DNA of 48,981 nucleotides, counting the filler, from Bipalium vagum (lineage: Eukaryota), in the NCBI GenBank assembly GCA_037834085.1. It is 3 parts of 3 records of this genome, joined end to end, with 100 filler letters (N's around TTAATTAATTAA, not from the genome) between each part and the next. Parts side by side here need not be neighbours in the genome. Positions count along the whole stretch, not along the records: positions 16,723 to 33,077 come from JBBMKC010115165.1; positions 33,178 to 48,981 come from JBBMKC010145037.1; 1 more part is not named here. One strand, 5' to 3'. The notes under the pieces are model-generated. The model worked only from the letters and a program-made list of their open reading frames with translations, had not been told where the DNA came from and searched no databases. Positions 24,736 to 37,480 of the stretch are shown piece by piece (positions within the stretch are counted from its first letter, which is position 1; each line of letters opens with the position of its first letter). The position numbers were made by a program, and so were the translations under genes.

Positions 24736-25981
24736 TTAGGTTTTCCGAAAAGTAATGTCGTTTTTAATAGAAATTTGAAAAGCCAAATATTAACACAAAA
24801 AGTAATATTTAACTAATAACAAAGTCACCATGATTTTCAACAGCTGTCTCTCATCATAAAACAAGCTTTTCAATGCTATCTTTGTAAAAACTTTCTGACT
24901 TCGACGCAAAATACCCATTTAGTATCATTTTCACATCATCAACGGAACTAAATTTTTTCACTGAAAAAAAATTTGGAGTGAACGAAATAACTGATAATCT
25001 GGTGATGCGTAATCAGAAGAGTAAGAAGGATGCGGTAGAACTTCCCACTGAAGTTCTCTACTTTTTTCCTGGGTCTTCTTTGCTGCATGAGGTTTAGAGT
25101 GATTGTGTTGAAACAACTCTTCTATTAATAAGTTCTGGGTGTGTTTTACCAATTGCTTCACTTAAACTGATCACATTAAACATCTGCGGTGATCGTATCG
25201 CAAGGTTTGAGAAATTCGTAATGAACAATCCCGTAGATGTTCCACCAAATAGACAGTAAAACTTTTTTCGCATGAATATTTGATTTGACGACTGATACTA
25301 GTGGTTCTGTAGACGATAACCATTGATGTTTACGCTTTGCATTATCATAGAGGATCGGGAAATAATTGGGTGAAAAAACGACTCATTTTGTTGTCTACTT
25401 AACAAAGAATTGCAGATCGTTATAAGCTGTATTTTGTTCGAATCTAACAAAAGATATGGAATCAAAACTCCCTCTTCCAAAGTTTTTTCCATTTCTTTTA
25501 AATGATCATATACTGTTAATTTCGGTGCCCCGATGGCTTTTGCAATTTCCTAAAGATTTTGCTGTGGATTTGATTCCATCATTATTTTAAGGCGTCGAAA
25601 TCTATGGTAGATGGACTATCAGATCTTTGGTCATCCTTGAGATCTATATTTCCATTTATAAATTTTGAAAACCATCGTTGAACTTTGTGCACGTCCATGG
25701 CAATAGAATAGACTGCATTAATAGTTCCAGTAGCCACTGTTGCACTATTTTACTTCATAAATCAAAATAACCTGCAATTCCGGAGATGGTCTTCTGTTGA
25801 TTTATTGTCAGACATATTTTTCAGTAAACAATCTAGAAAAAAAATTTCCGATATCAATCAATATCCGATATCATATATTTCCTTTTTTTTAAAATAAAAT
25901 CTGTTCAAATACTCAAAGCGAAATTATATAAAAATTGATAGTTTTTTTTTTAAAAACGACATTTCCTTTCGGAAAACCTAA
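24736..25981 (-). mobile_element. Near full-length inactive mariner element (~1.25 kb)
   Basis: TIR TTAGGTTTTCCGAAAAGTAATGTCGTTTTTAA (24736) and near-complement ending at 25981, followed by TA. Minus-strand transposase from ATG ~25815 includes KVLLSIWWNIYGIVHYEFL, HNHSKPH and WEVLPHPSYSSDYASPDYQLFRSLQ. Frameshifted. Confidence 0.92.
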
Positions 25982-27359
25982 TAAATAGACTACTCCCTTC
26001 TTCACCATTGTTCTATCATCCATTTACAAGTGGTAGTGGTCTCGGCTCAACAATTTTATCTGAGAAAACCAGAACTCACAGCAAATTGCTGGACAAGTCT
26101 CCACAGTTTAGAAAACCTTAATTGCCCAAAAAATAAATCTCATGTGCTTAATGCACAATTTCCTCCGGAACTCCATTTTGATTCAAAGTTGATTGCATCA
26201 TCTTCTATAATGGACCACTTTTTATTAATTAAAGTGTCAATATTGTTTTTTACAATTTATAAATAAAGTATTAAAGAAGTCTTTATTTGTTTTTATTTAT
26301 TTTACCTTTTTTCTTTTGATTTTTTTAATTTTACATTGAGCAAACCTGTATTAGTCAATCCTATTTTCACACATAGATCCGAACCACACTCCATAAATTC
26401 TTCTGATTACATTAACTTTTTTAAGGTGCTTAAAGCTTCAAATCGATATTCTTAACCCCATTTTCTCATAAATTTTTAAAAACTTAAGACAATAAATTAA
26501 AATAATCGACATGAAAATTATTAATCATTTTTCACAATGAAATTCGTTTCCCGAAATCAGGATTAATATCAAAAGTACTAGACTAAAACCAAAGGATGAA
26601 AGGTAGCAGACAAAAATTCTTTAGAATTTCTGTGAAATTGTATAATTTTGAGATGGAAAAATCAACATATGCTCAGCTGAAAATGAACGAGGTACTGAAA
26701 AGAAAACTACCAGACTGACTACATTTGCCTGCTTCAGTTCGTCAACTTCATAGACCAGATATAGCAATTTTCTTTCCCAACCAGGAACATTGGGATCAAT
26801 GAGAATTCGTCTTCAAAATTGGTCCTGTTACAAGAATATAGTCTATTTCAATTTCCTAAACTATTTCTTATATTAACTAATGAAAACCAGACTCAAACCA
26901 AATTATCATTGTCAACAAAGGACATTTCCCATATTTATACGGCAAATATATCATTTATTTCAAAATACTTCACCATCATTCATTTTCTAAACTTCTACCC
27001 TCTGAAATCTAAAAAATTTATAAATTTAAAATTAGAATAAAGAACACGCTGAAAAAATAATTACATTTATAAACTAATATCTAGTTACATTTAAGTTGAA
27101 AATAACAATTATTTTATTGTCAACTATTCAAAGAAAGTGGAAAAAATTAATTTATAAATATATATTTAAAAAACGATAAAAGCATACAAAAATGATGAAG
27201 TTAAATTTTTAATTAATTTTAAAGTATTGTTGTGTGTTAAAAATATTCAACTACTTAAAAATTGTAATAATTATAAACAACAAACTAATACTTGAATTTG
27301 TTTAAATAATATCAATTATAATAATTTATTTAATTTCAATAATTTTATAAGATATCAAT

Positions 27360-28057
27360 ATGGAAAATGATGATTATTATTCAGATGATGAAAACGATAT
27401 ATATGTAAAACTTTTCACATTATTATAAAAATCAAGATAAATGTTTGTAGAGTCACATGTCATCAGAGCAAAAAGAAGCTGGCTTGAGACTAGTGAGAGC
27501 AGTGAAAGAAAATGATGCTATTGAAATTGAATACAATAAGGCCGGTCCATTTATTCCAGATGGGGTATTTCTTTTTGCCTTTTGTACATTTATATTATAG
27601 ATTAAGTAAATATAAGATTGGACAAACTCCTTTACACTATGCAGCTTTAAATGGAAATTTGTCTGTTGTTCAATATCTATTAAAAAAATTTCCAGAAGTT
27701 CATATCGATCACACCTCTGCTGCTGGTCGAACCGCTTTACAAATTGCGTGTTGCAATGGTCATTTGGACTTAGTCAAATTTTTTGTTGAAAATGGTGCCA
27801 ATGTAAATATGCGTGATATGGTGGGATATCATTCAATTCAATGGGCTGTTGAGAATGCTCATTTGCCAATTATTGAAGTACTGAAAAATTCTATAGATAT
27901 TTTATTATTTTACTTGAATCTTTAGTACTTACTGAATGAGACGGATGTAGATTTATCTTTATTAAATAATTGGGAGGAAGATGTCTTTGAACTTGCTAGT
28001 GAATCGGAAAACGCAGAAATTCGGGAATATTTCAAAAGACTGTCTGAGAGTTATTGA
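27360..28057 (+). CDS. Small ankyrin-repeat protein, 4 exons, 183 aa
   Basis: Exons 27360-27404, 27451-27564, 27617-27877, 27926-28057; GT-AG introns of 46, 52 and 48 nt, all phase 0, frame open. Ankyrin repeats GQTPLHYAALNGNLSVVQYLL, GRTALQIACCNGHLDLVKFFVENGANVN, GYHSIQWAVENAHLPIIEYLL. AATAAA at ~28093. Confidence 0.88.
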
Positions 28058-28729
28058 AATTATTATTTTTGTCAATAATATTTTTTTTCGTAAATAAATA
28101 TATAAACTTGGCTTAATAGTTTTCTTTATTTTAATAAAAAATATTTTTACTATTTGAATGAAATCATTATTTTATATTCGTGAACTTGACATTTTTGTGT
28201 AATTAAGTTATTATTTAATTTTAAAAATTATAAAAAATTGTTATCTAAATAATATTTGAAATAGCTAATATTGACATTATCTTTATAAAATCTTAAGTAT
28301 TTTGCTCTGTTTGTCCAAAGGAACAATGAGGAGGACCTGATCACGTCTAGATTAACGAATATTTGGTATTTAAGCGGAAGAATAAGGTGGCACAGCTTTA
28401 ACAATTTTTGCTCTTTGTAATGTACAACATTTAACGGTTAATCCAAATAAATTTTACTGATCCCCAGGTTGGTGCTACGATATATCGTTCAGATGCTTAT
28501 TAGTTTAGAATTAAAAGTGGGTCCAATGGAGAAATGCGTTGTAGCCATTTAGATGCAACCATGAATCATGAATGGATCAAATGTAGGCAAAAAATTACTG
28601 GTGTAATATATAATTTTTAGCACTTATGTCCACAAATATGCTCTAATTTAATGGAAAATAAATATAATCTCGGTTTTGTAAAATTTTATTTTTGGATCCG
28701 TCATCTATACCTCTGCTGATATAGTTTAG

Positions 28730-28890
28730 GTTTATTTTTTCAAGTCTTTTCGATTTCCTGATTTAATTCGTAATCTTAGTTCATTCTATTTCCCTTCAAT
28801 AGAATTTATATGGAAGTTTTTTAATTATTTCTAGAATGTCGTAGAATGATTGACTATTTCATGCTTAAATCCTTTACCAATTACATGATT
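28730..28890 (-). mobile_element. Merlin/IS1595-like transposase C-terminal fragment
   Basis: GKGFKHEIVNHSTTF*...HINSIEGK*NELR matches the H.TVNHS..F...HTNTIEG.W motif. Confidence 0.65.
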
Positions 28891-29574
28891 AGCCGGGCCA
28901 CATATATGTATTGCTTATTGATTCGGATTTTTTGCTTTGCATTTGCTTATTTCAACAAGGGAAAGTTTTCTATTGTATCTGTGTGATTGAAACTTCCAAG
29001 GACGAATTAAATTTTTCAAATTTATTTTTATTCAATAATAACAACAATAATCATGAAGATGATAATGAAAGCGAAAATTTTTATATCATCAATCAATGAG
29101 TTGTCAAGACAAAACTTAATTTTTTGCTCTTTAAAATAATTATTATTTTAACAATAATAATAAATATTGAAGAAAACGCCACTCTAAATCAGAAGAAAAA
29201 GATGACCTCGGCATGAAAATTTCGTGAAACAAAATCAAACTATTAATTTGAATACCGCAACATCTTGAATTCCAAAGTATACCCTGAGTGTTTTTTATGT
29301 GTCAATATTTCCAGTTACCATTACTCTCGCGAAATACCAACAAATAATTAACAGTAATGTAACAGTTTAGGCTGGTAAATTCATAATTTTATATTTAAAT
29401 CTAAATTTTTATTCTACCAATTATTACACAATTATTATACATGATAAATCTCATTAATCATAACCAATGAAAAATTAAACTTTGATTTTGTTTTCTTAAT
29501 AGTTACGCAAAACAAATTGATTCAAATAGGAAGGTAAGAAATTATTTAATGATTTAAAATTTGAGAAGAATTTT

Positions 29575-30445
29575 TGTGTTTACATCGTATCTTCATATTT
29601 TCTACAGACTGGGTTGGAGTTCGCTTGTTATTTGGATCCACAAGATTGTATTGATATATAACTTGTGAATGAGTGCATACTTCACCACCAATTAATGGGA
29701 TTTCATTATAATCAGTCCATTCGTCAGGTACAATGTGAGTTCCTGATTATATCCATCTGAGTATATACTGTTCAAGTGTTTCTCTTAGTCAGTCAGCATC
29801 TTCTACCAATACAACATCTGCCTACCCCGCTCTATATATCATTGAATATTTATGCCCTTCTCTGCATTGGCCTGTGTGGTACTTCCTATGGGAGAATTTA
29901 GTTTCCTCCATTTTTACCACCAATGATTCTCCTTGTTCATTACCACCTATTTCCATGGGATTATTAAACTAAGTTCGTGCGCTTTTGAATATAAAAATTT
30001 TTCAAACTTGACCTGTTTTTTGTGAGTAAGTCTCCAGAGTTATACGAACGTGGCATTATGAATTTAGTGGAAAGATGGCAGAAGGTCATTCTTAATAATG
30101 TTGAACATATCATTGATTAAAACTGTTTTTATCAATAAAAATTTATGGTTTTCATTTCTTCTTAAAAAGCGCACGAACTTAGTTGCCAACCCAATATTTT
30201 CTATTCAAAATAATTTTATTATTTTCACAACAAAAATTAAACCAGTCAATAGAGACTGACAGATTTCTTATTTTGTAAATCTTACAGTACCATCTTTTGT
30301 CATCAGGATTAATGAACATATATTTTTGTTTAAAAGCTTCGCACATATGCCTGCCCTTAATTAGTCTCCTTTGTGCAAGACACAATATTGCGTCATCAGT
30401 AGTTCGCAAGCCCTTTGTAAAATTTTTTATTAAACTTTTCAAAAA
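29575..30445 (-). mobile_element. Merlin/IS1595-like transposase relic interrupted by a mariner MITE
   Basis: 5' part (ORF 30179-30442): AILCLAQRRLI...C...WYCK...IDWFNFC. After the insertion: NPMEIGG...VKMEETKFSHRKY, RETLEQYILRWI*SGTHIVPDEW, NLVDPNNKRTPTQSVEN. Confidence 0.8.
29962..30196 (+). mobile_element. Mariner deletion derivative (MITE)
   Basis: 20-bp inverted repeat AACTAAGTTCGTGCGCTTTT (29967-29986 / 30165-30184) and right end GCCAACCCAATA. Retains the transposase C-terminus YERGIMNLVERWQKVILNNVEHIID*. Confidence 0.88.
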
Positions 30446-30957
30446 TTTTGTCTTTTATCATATCATTTATAGATACAATTGCAGGTTTACATCCAGAGTG
30501 AAAAACAAACGAATGATAAATAATAAAATTTATTAAAAAATAGATTTAAATTTAGAAATATGAATTTACGAACATAAAACATTAAATTGTTAACACTGAC
30601 TTTGTCTGTATAAAAATCTGAAGTTTTTGTAAGAAATATTGACAAAAAATTAGGATTGTAGGACATGAAAATGTTGCATGAAAGGTGAATTTTTTTCAGA
30701 ATAAATAAACGAATTTGCTGCATACTTACTCATTCATAAACATAAAAAATAAAAATTATTATGAAAAGAGAAAAAGTCTAATAAAATAATATAGCTAATA
30801 AATATAAAATAATTTTAAAAATATGATAACAAATTCAAAAATATTTTACCCAGATTATGAAATTATTATTTCATTTTTGAATTTATTTTTTGTAATTCGT
30901 AATCAGATATCGTTGTTTATGTATTGAATAAATATAAATAATTAATAAAATTAATAA

Positions 30958-31164
30958 ATGGATTATATGACTGAATACAAAATAAACTTTAAAAAATGCA
31001 ACAAGGAAGATCTTAAATTTAAATATTCAATAAACCCTTCTCGAGACCTTACTTTTTATACACTAAAGGAACAGAATTGGATTCCATTAACTTGGAAATC
31101 GAATACGGAATATAATCGCAGATTTTCAACAAGTATTTGTAAATTAAAAAAGTATAAAATGTAA
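30958..31164 (+). CDS. Candidate 68-aa single-exon protein with two TEYxxxF motifs
   Basis: ATG-initiated ORF in an A-rich context, with MTEYKINF and NTEYNRRF, AATAAA just downstream (~31175) and no TE motif recognised. No independent expression evidence. Confidence 0.4.
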   Translation: MDYMTEYKINFKKCNKEDLKFKYSINPSRDLTFYTLKEQNWIPLTWKSNTEYNRRFSTSICKLKKYKM

Positions 31165-31728
31165 ACGATAATTTAATAAACAATTATCATTTTATTTTTC
31201 TTTTGTATTGAAAATTCTTACTTAGCAGTTACTCAATGCTTAGTAAATTTGAGATTTCGAGGTGTTAATAGCGTTGATCAAGTTACTTTGAGATTTAAAG
31301 ACCTGTTCCTAAAAGTATTTCTTAATTTAAAATTTGAGACCCAGATCCAGAAATTCAGTGATATCTATTTTGTTCGTGGTTAACAATAATGTATTATGTT
31401 CTTTAATAGAACATCTGTTTAAAAAGATTATTTCATTACATGAACTATTATATTGTTGGGCTTTCCAGAATGAAAATATTTAACACAAGAAAATTTAAAC
31501 TATCTTAACACTAAAAAGGTTTAATTCTGTATTTTTATTGTGGGAGTCCAAAAGAATAAAAGATGAGTGATAAGGAAGTCAGCTAAACTCAGTCAATCAA
31601 TCAATACAAATAAAATCAAAAGGACATTCATTATAACATTTTACTTTGCATGTTTTACTTATTATTATTCATTTAAAAATGTAATTTTTTAAAAATTAAC
31701 TAAATAAAAATTTGATTCATTATAGTTA

Positions 31729-31766
31729 ATTATTAACGTTATAATAATTATTATAACGTTAATAAT
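31729..31766. repeat. Perfect 38-bp palindrome
   Basis: ATTATTAACGTTATAATAATTATTATAACGTTAATAAT equals its own reverse complement. Confidence 0.95.
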
Positions 31767-33077
31767 CAAAAAGTATATTAATAAATGATGGTGAAACATT
31801 CATAGCATGAGAAAAGCTAAAATCTTCTATGTCATGGAAATAAAGACGATTTAAAATTCAATCAAAATCAATATAATTAATTTTCTAAAATATTATAAAA
31901 TAAAAAAAAATACATAAATAAGTGATGTATATTTACAAAATACTTAAAGGTTTTTAACAGGATTATATGATCAGTAAATGACTAAAGTGATCAAATGGCA
32001 GTGATGATTTAAAGAACTTAATCTACAATAGGAAGAGTGTAGACACCATTTAGAAAACAGTAATAAGAGACTAGCTGGATCGTGAATAAAGAAAAAACAC
32101 AAAAATAAGATACGGGAAGCATTTTTAACAAAGTGTTACTATTATACCTTAACAAAGTAACCTGTGTTCGTTTGGGTATTGTAGCGGAACAAATTTACAC
32201 TCTAAGTGAATCAAAACTCCTACAATGATACTTTATTCGAACCCTAAAATTAAATCAAAACGACCACGATAAAACTATTAAAAAATTAGCAACAGCCTGA
32301 CACGCTCGTTGTAACAACAAATTAGTCTCAATGTCTCATGATCCTGCAAAACAAAAACAAAATAGTCAGTGTAGAATAACAAAAATCAATATCGTTTCAA
32401 TCGACTTACTAAAAGATAATCAAAGTCAAACTCAAAAATGAATAATAATGATATGATTAAATAATTTTAAGATTCAGGAGATGGTCACAAAAAAGAAAGA
32501 GATAAAGTTTTAAAAAACAAAATGTAACGATCTCTCCAGGAGAGATAATGGATCCCCGGGTTGTCCTCTAAGTCCTTTGCAGGTCACCTATGGATTCCAA
32601 AACTCGATGGGTCCCATTGGTAAATCCTCTGGCATTAGCATATTCAAGTGTTGGAATCCATAGAAAAATAGATCCCATTTAAATTATAAAGTTGTTTTTA
32701 ATTAATATAAATAAATAAATATAATAATAATAATAATAATATAAATTTTGGCTTGAAATTAATTAAAACTTGCACACAAAATTAGTAAAAATATTTAAAA
32801 TGAATAATAATAATTCAGAAAATGACACTTTCTAAAAATACATTACTATGAGAAAATATTAATATGTGGGTGGATATATTTAGTAAGTTCTATAATATAA
32901 GAACTTTCCTAAAATAGTAAAAACCCATATATTACTCTAGCAATGGAAAGTTTTATTTTTAACGAATCAAGAGACCAGGAATGTAAAAATCAAGAGTATA
33001 TAAGCTCTTGTTTTTCTCATTCAAATCGAAACTCATTTCGCATATACAAGTTAAGCTAATAGTCAAAGGTAATATAA

Positions 33078-33177
33078 NNNNNNNNNNNNNNNNNNNNNNN
33101 NNNNNNNNNNNNNNNNNNNNNTTAATTAATTAANNNNNNNNNNNNNNNNNNNNNNNNNNNNNNNNNNNNNNNNNNNN
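33078..33177. other. Artificial scaffold gap linker
   Basis: 44 N + TTAATTAATTAA (33122-33133) + 44 N, identical in design to the first gap. Confidence 0.97.
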
Positions 33178-34869
33178 TGATGCTGACCGGTTACTACTTG
33201 AGGCTTGATTACTGCACCTTCTTATTAATCTGTTTATCGTCGATTAAGGCTTTGGTGGTAGCTACTTTGAATTTGATCCTCATAAAATTTTTTATTTGTT
33301 ATATCTTTATATTCTCTTCTCCTTTTGTGGTGATAATTGAGCCTTTATATACTATATTGGTTCCTTGATTGGCTTTGAGGTCGTCTGATGAATCTACGTG
33401 AAACTATGAGGGTGATCTGCTATTCGATTGAAATGGATATTGTTGTCGAGACCTTTAGTCTGATTGAAAAGCTTGAATTTCGGAGATCTGCTTTAGATAA
33501 TTGATGGCAACTAAAACTGTTGTCTCTCGGAGATTATCTGTGAATTACAACGTTGAATTTTCCTTTTGATTAATTTGTTGTCGATTAATTGTGCGCTTTT
33601 TTATAATTTCTGACTTCTTTTATATAACTTTTTCTCTATTATTAGTAAGCCTCTTTTTCCTTTAATAATTTTGCTAATTTACTTTTCTTCTATTTTTACT
33701 ATTTCTTATAAAATTTCTTTTCTGATTTTTATTCGTAATAACTTATTGTTTCCTTAAAATTTTCTTAAATAAATCCACATATAATAAATAAAAATTAATT
33801 TCCTTAATAATAATAATAATAATAATAAACAATATCTCAACATAAATATCAACAATAATAATAATAATTCTTACACATTATTTACATATTATATTAGGCT
33901 ATTATTCTATACTTTATCTAATTTTTATTGTTTATTATTGTTTCATTATTGTTTCATTATTTATCAGTCAAAATTGATTTACAATACAAATTCAAAATAT
34001 GTACACAATTAATATTTTAATTAATATAATAATAGGATTTATTAATACAATACAATTTCAACTAATGTTAAGGACGATGAGGAAAGAGTGTCACAAATCA
34101 TAAATGATGTCAAGAAAGGTGTCAAAAATTTAAATCATAAATAATGTCAAATTTTGGATTGCTCATCGATAGTTGGAACCATTGATTGTTCCTGGCTAGA
34201 GGATCCTATTGATTTTCCGATTTGTCTTTGTCGTAGTCCCCACAATGTGAAATGTCAATTCCCTTTTCTGGATTATTAATCATAAATCGGTTCCTCGCCC
34301 TGACCTAATCCTGGCAATTTTAGTTCACCATTGTCAAGATTAGATCTATAAAAAAATAATGTATTGCCTTTTTTCTTTTTAATTAGTTAAAATTATTATT
34401 TTAGTATTATTATTATGATTATTATTCTTATTATTTTTTGCACAATTTTACAATTCTTGTCCGTGAAGGGTGGGTGTTTTGGGTAAACCCAACAATTTTA
34501 TTTTTCTCCAAAAATTGTTTTTTTTATATTTACGAAAATTAAAAGATATGAGTCGAACTTCAACAAAGATAAAAATCTTGTTGTGGGTTCCATTGAAATT
34601 TTTAATAAATAGTTCAAAAAAATATTTTAAAAAATCTTTAACTCTTTTAGCGGGTTCCTTTAGAACCATTAATAAATAATTTTAAATAAAGGATGCACAA
34701 TCATAAAAAAAAAAGAAGAGAAATTTTCTATAGGAGAATTTTTTTTCCTAAGGAATTGAAATATGATCAATGAAAATATTTATGAATAAGACAAAAAATT
34801 TTTAAAAAGTCTGACCAATATATTTCAGGTATGATTTGATTTAATTCAACCATTCTTAACAAATTCTTT

Positions 34870-35200
34870 TACATAATCTTTCTTGGTGTCCAGATTTCAT
34901 AATGATTTACAATTAAATTGACTAAGGTTTCTGTGCTGCAGTTTTTAACTTCTACTAAAAAGCCTTACACTCAGTTGTGTTCAGTGTCACCAGCGATTCA
35001 TGTACCGTTAGCTTGATTCTTACGACATTATTCTGGTCTCGTCAATTTCGACTCTGATACCTTCTTCGTATATTCTATCATTTTTTGGTTCCAATTTATC
35101 AATCTCTGATCTGACGAAAAAGCTTTTGATATTTAGAAACGGTTTCTGACCTGCAACAACTATTTCATACCATTTGTCTTGGTCAGTCAGAGATATTCAA
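34870..35200 (-). mobile_element. Merlin/IS1595-like transposase fragment
   Basis: EGIRVEIDETRI and LLVEVKNCSTETLVNLIVNH match the VEIDE and V.NRSAETL..II motifs. Confidence 0.6.
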
Positions 35201-36719
35201 GGAATATTTTGCAACATGATAGTTTGTACTTTTCAATAAAGAAATTCTTAAAATTGAATTGAAGTTTTTCTGCATTTTTGATTCAGACATGAACACAGAT
35301 ACTGATTTATTTGCATATTAAGAGAAAAAATGACAGTTATCTCTTGATGTCAATATTTTGTTTTTAATTAAAAGTTAAATATATTGATTAATCAAATAAT
35401 AAATCTCGACTTTGAGATGTACTAGGAATCATCTAAAATATTTATTAGGAAAAAATATTAAATAAAAAATCACCTATACTCTCAGTAAATTTAAATTATT
35501 TTATTAATTATAAAATTTATTTAAGGATTTAAAACAATCATTAGTTAGACCACCTATAGCGAAAAATATCAGGAAATTTTATATTATTTAAATTTATTTC
35601 ATTTATATATTTTTTACTTTTGCTGACACAATTAGTAAATTTACTTAGCCACCTGTTATTGCGATATTTTCAATTTTCAACTGTTTAAAATGATCTTTGG
35701 CTATCAAAGAAACCAACTTCCTCTTCTTTGGTATTGTAACAAATCAAAATAAATTAGTTCTCTACATAAGAGCATTTTGAAGACTTGTGGTGACGTTCGA
35801 TTTTGCATCAACATTTACAGATTCTTCTTTAAGCCTTAGGGCAACCAATTCCCTCAAAATTCTTGACTTTCAATAAATTCATTTTTCCTATGATAATATG
35901 GGTTTCTTGTAGTAAATTTTTGATAATTTTGAGTCAAATTCACTTTTACAATGAACTTATATTTCTAAAAGTGCTCCATATTTCAAAACTCGTGCATCTG
36001 TGAGTGAATTTATTGTTTTTTCATCTTGCCTTCGAATAACAATTATACTAATACGTCCAGATTATATATTTGTTATATTTAAAAATATTTATCCATTTAC
36101 TGTTTCTTTGAAAGGTCCACAGATACTTCTTCTCATTCTTCAAGAATCAAGGAAAAATATATGGATCTCAACATCGCTTCCGTTCGATGATAAGCCAAAT
36201 AAAAATTTCCTGACATTACACGGATATAATTTTACTACAACTAATGATGTCAATAAGTATACACATTTATCTCAGTGCGTCCATCAACTCTGAATGTAAA
36301 CATGACCTCAATCTTTTCTTTTCCAAAAAATCATTTTTGAAGTCACTGATTTATTATCTACCGTCATCAAGTCAAACTGATTTGTGTCTCTACAGTTCTG
36401 TATTGTTGAAACATAAATGATAAAGTGAAATTCATTCAAAATGCTCATTGTTTTAAGAATAAGCTTGCGTGATTGGTATTAGTATTTAAAGAGGAAAATT
36501 AGCTTAAAAATAAACTCATTGTGTATCATCTTGCTATAATTATTATTAAATATAGTCATTTGTAAAGGAAAAGCAGAAATCATTACCATTACCATCTAAC
36601 GAGTGGTTGGAATGTTTTGACAAAAAATCTGATTTTTCTACGTCAATCCTAATATTTATTTCATAATTTTTTGAATATAAAAATACAATGAGACAACCAA
36701 CAAAACTATAAATTTACAT

Positions 36720-37480
36720 AATCGTGAAAGTTTTCTCATCTTCAATTTTCGGTGGATTAACTTCTTTTGGAAAGAATGATACTTTTCGTTCATTAAACCA
36801 TTTTTTTGGTTTATTGGCATGATGTTCATTTATATATTTCAAAAGTTTGCTTGATATGTCTCCAGTAAATTACTAATCATATTAATATTTTGGGTTCAAA
36901 TTTCTGTTTGAATTTGAACCAAACATGTATAGGAATTTTTTCTTTGTCAGACGAAATAAAACTTGTATTTCCGGGAATATCAACACCTTAAAAAGTGAAA
37001 TAATTTTCATCATCAAGAATAATAAAAGTTTCAGAATAAATTATTTCTCTTCGTAATTTCTGACACTTTTTAGATATTTTTTCGATTTCTTCTCGGTGTT
37101 CGCTGTCTGTTAAAGTATTTAAATCCATCTTCTTCAGATTTTCTTACATACATATCTTAAATACGATAAATTTATTAGCCAAACATCTTTAATTAACCCT
37201 GACACATTAACCATATTTTGCAATTTTTCTGAATCAGTAGGTTTATTTTCGGAGGACAACCTGTTCTAGGCTTATCATAAAATGATAAAACATTTTTAAA
37301 AGGTTTGATGACACGATAAATTGTTTTTCTTGGAATTCGTTCCGATATTTTCATTCGTTCAATGAGCAAATAGATTTTCCTCTGAATATTCTTTTCTAAT
37401 AAAAATTTACATTCGAGTCATATGTTTCTTATTTATAAAAAGGAAATTGAAGAAGTTATCAATCTATATAACATTGATTT
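36720..37480 (-). mobile_element. Tc1-like DD37E (ITmD37E-type) transposase relic
   Basis: IILDDENYFTF*GVDIPGN (first catalytic D context) and HHANKPKKWFNERKVSFFPKEVNPP (NPP motif characteristic of DD37E). Heavily decayed; ends not found. Confidence 0.6.

Noticed and set aside
24300-26270. Coding-like DNA on both sides of the mariner at 24736-25981
   Set aside because: No recognisable motif or consistent frame on either strand; left unassigned.
33375-33420. CTGATGA-ATCTACGT-GAAA hammerhead-like core
   Set aside because: No compatible stem I or III, and no correctly placed UH cleavage site.
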